Below, piece after piece: positions 62,753 to 64,000 of a stretch of DNA of 64,000 bases. The stretch spans positions 736,001 to 800,000 of the forward strand of contig CBDCSU010000004.1 of the NCBI GenBank assembly GCA_965221775.1, in the 5' to 3' direction. The position numbers were made by a program, and so were the translations under genes. A model generated the notes under the pieces. That model was given only the letters and a program-made list of their open reading frames with translations. It did no database searches and was not told the origin of the DNA. The DNA comes from Candidatus Latescibacterota bacterium. GTDB taxonomy: Bacteria > Latescibacterota > UBA2968 > UBA8231. Numbering within the stretch: position 1 is the first letter of the stretch; every line of letters begins with the position of its first letter.

Positions 62753-63511
62753 ATGCCCACGCTCCGTCTCACCGCCCTGCTGCTGCTCGCCGCCGCCCCC
62801 GTGCTCTCCGAGCGCGTCCAGGACCCGCCCGCGCAAGTGCCGGAGACGGTGATCCCCAAGGCCGCGGGACCGATCGTCGTCGACGGCGATCCCGGGGACG
62901 CCGCCTGGCGGCAGGCCCCTCCCCTGGAGTTCGTCTTCCCCTGGGACGACGTCTCCGGCGGCGGCGCCCAGAGCACGGTGGCGCGCATGCTCTACGACGA
63001 CGACGCCCTCTATCTCCTCTACGAGTGCGTCGACCCCTACCTCGACGCCGAGGTCACCGAGCACGACGGGCCGGTCTACGAGGAGGACGCGGTGGAGATC
63101 TTCGTCACCCCCAACCCGGCCGACGTGAGCGCCTACTTCGGGTACGAGATGAACATCCGGGGGGTGTGGCTGGACTACCTCGCCTTCGGCGGCGGCGAGC
63201 ACGGCACCGAGAGCATCCACTTCGAGTGGCAGGCCGAGGGCGTGCTCATGGGCACCTCCCACGACGGCACCCTCAACGACCACTCCGACACCGACACCGG
63301 GTGGGTGCTGGAGATGGCCATCCCCTTCGACAACTTCCGTCACCTCGGGGGCCGCATCCCGCCCGAGCCCGGCGACGAGTGGCGCCTGAACCTCAACCGA
63401 ACGAAGGGCTACGAGGGGCAGTTCAGCATGTGGTCGGACTCGCACGCCGACGAGGCCTCGTTCCACCACTCGGCGTTCTTCGGACGCGCCTTCTTCGGCC
63501 GCAGGCCCTGA
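62753..63511 (+). CDS. Secreted CBM9-like (DOMON-like) sugar-binding protein
   Basis: Signal peptide; IVVDG...AW, YDDDALY, DAVEIF, WVLEMAIPF, WRLNLNR. Confidence 0.85.
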   Translation: MPTLRLTALLLLAAAPVLSERVQDPPAQVPETVIPKAAGPIVVDGDPGDAAWRQAPPLEFVFPWDDVSGGGAQSTVARMLYDDDALYLLYECVDPYLDAEVTEHDGPVYEEDAVEIFVTPNPADVSAYFGYEMNIRGVWLDYLAFGGGEHGTESIHFEWQAEGVLMGTSHDGTLNDHSDTDTGWVLEMAIPFDNFRHLGGRIPPEPGDEWRLNLNRTKGYEGQFSMWSDSHADEASFHHSAFFGRAFFGRRP

Positions 63512-63548
63512 GGACCCGCCCGGCGCCCGGGGCCCGCGCCGGCAGGCC

Positions 63549-63998
63549 CTAGTCCGTCCAGGTCTCGCCGCCGTCGGAGGAGCGCCGCGTCGTCTGCCTC
63601 CACAGGCGGAAGTCCTCGCCCTTGATGCGCCGGATGTCGGCCACCTCGGCGACGGCCTGCTCCACGCCGACCTCGCCGGAGCCGTCGGGGCGGTTGGTCT
63701 CGACGCGCAGGCTCTCGAACTCCACTCCCTCGCGGAGCAGCTCCCAGACCGCGTGCTGCACGCGCATCTGGCGGCGCTCCAGGGCCTCGCGCTCGAGGTC
63801 GCGGACCCGGAAGCGGATCTGTACCTGGCCCATGTCCGGGTCCAGGCGCATGCCGTAGAACCGGCCGAAGCTCTCCTCGATCAGGTCGCGCACGTCGTCT
63901 AGGTGCAGGGCCAGGGCGGTGCGCGGCTTGCGGGTCGCCTCGACGTCGACCTCTTCCTCCTCGCGGCTCTGCGGACCGGCCCCGCCTTTGGAGGGGCC
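63549..63998 (-). CDS. Hypothetical protein (5' end outside window)
   Basis: Frame stays open to the window edge with host-like codon use; no recognised motif. Confidence 0.65.
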   Translation of the reverse strand, partial: GPSKGGAGPQSREEEEVDVEATRKPRTALALHLDDVRDLIEESFGRFYGMRLDPDMGQVQIRFRVRDLEREALERRQMRVQHAVWELLREGVEFESLRVETNRPDGSGEVGVEQAVAEVADIRRIKGEDFRLWRQTTRRSSDGGETWTD

Positions 63999-64000
63999 GT

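Overview
A 64 kb stretch of a very GC-rich bacterial chromosome with about 55 CDS. I found no rRNA, tRNA, CRISPR array, integrase or transposase. It mixes expanded catabolic families (3 Gfo/Idh/MocA oxidoreductases, 2 PhyH dioxygenases, 3 GHL10-like TIM barrels, GH20-like, CBM9-like, CehA/McbA) with housekeeping genes (asd, hom, ctaA, fdhD, cca, lpdA, rnhA, a stand-alone PurH N-terminal domain). This repertoire and a C-terminal TAVxxxxWGxVK motif suggest a Latescibacterota/Poribacteria-like lineage (inference only). Three things stand out. (1) An 8-gene translationally coupled operon (10239-18621, minus) joins the archaeal CoA enzymes pantoate kinase and phosphopantothenate synthetase to ComA, a HAD phosphatase, a D-2-hydroxyacid dehydrogenase and an HpcH aldolase. 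(2) At four sites, cargo DNA (two TA modules, a transporter pair, a 68-bp triple hairpin) sits between an intact gene and a diverged direct-repeat copy of part of that gene, with no recombinase nearby. (3) An uncharacterised envelope system pairs a 1590-aa protein (degenerate M28 domain fused to an FtsX permease) with an OPT-like transporter carrying a putative Zn finger and an Ig/Ca-binding insert. All functional calls come from motif recognition by eye, not database searches.
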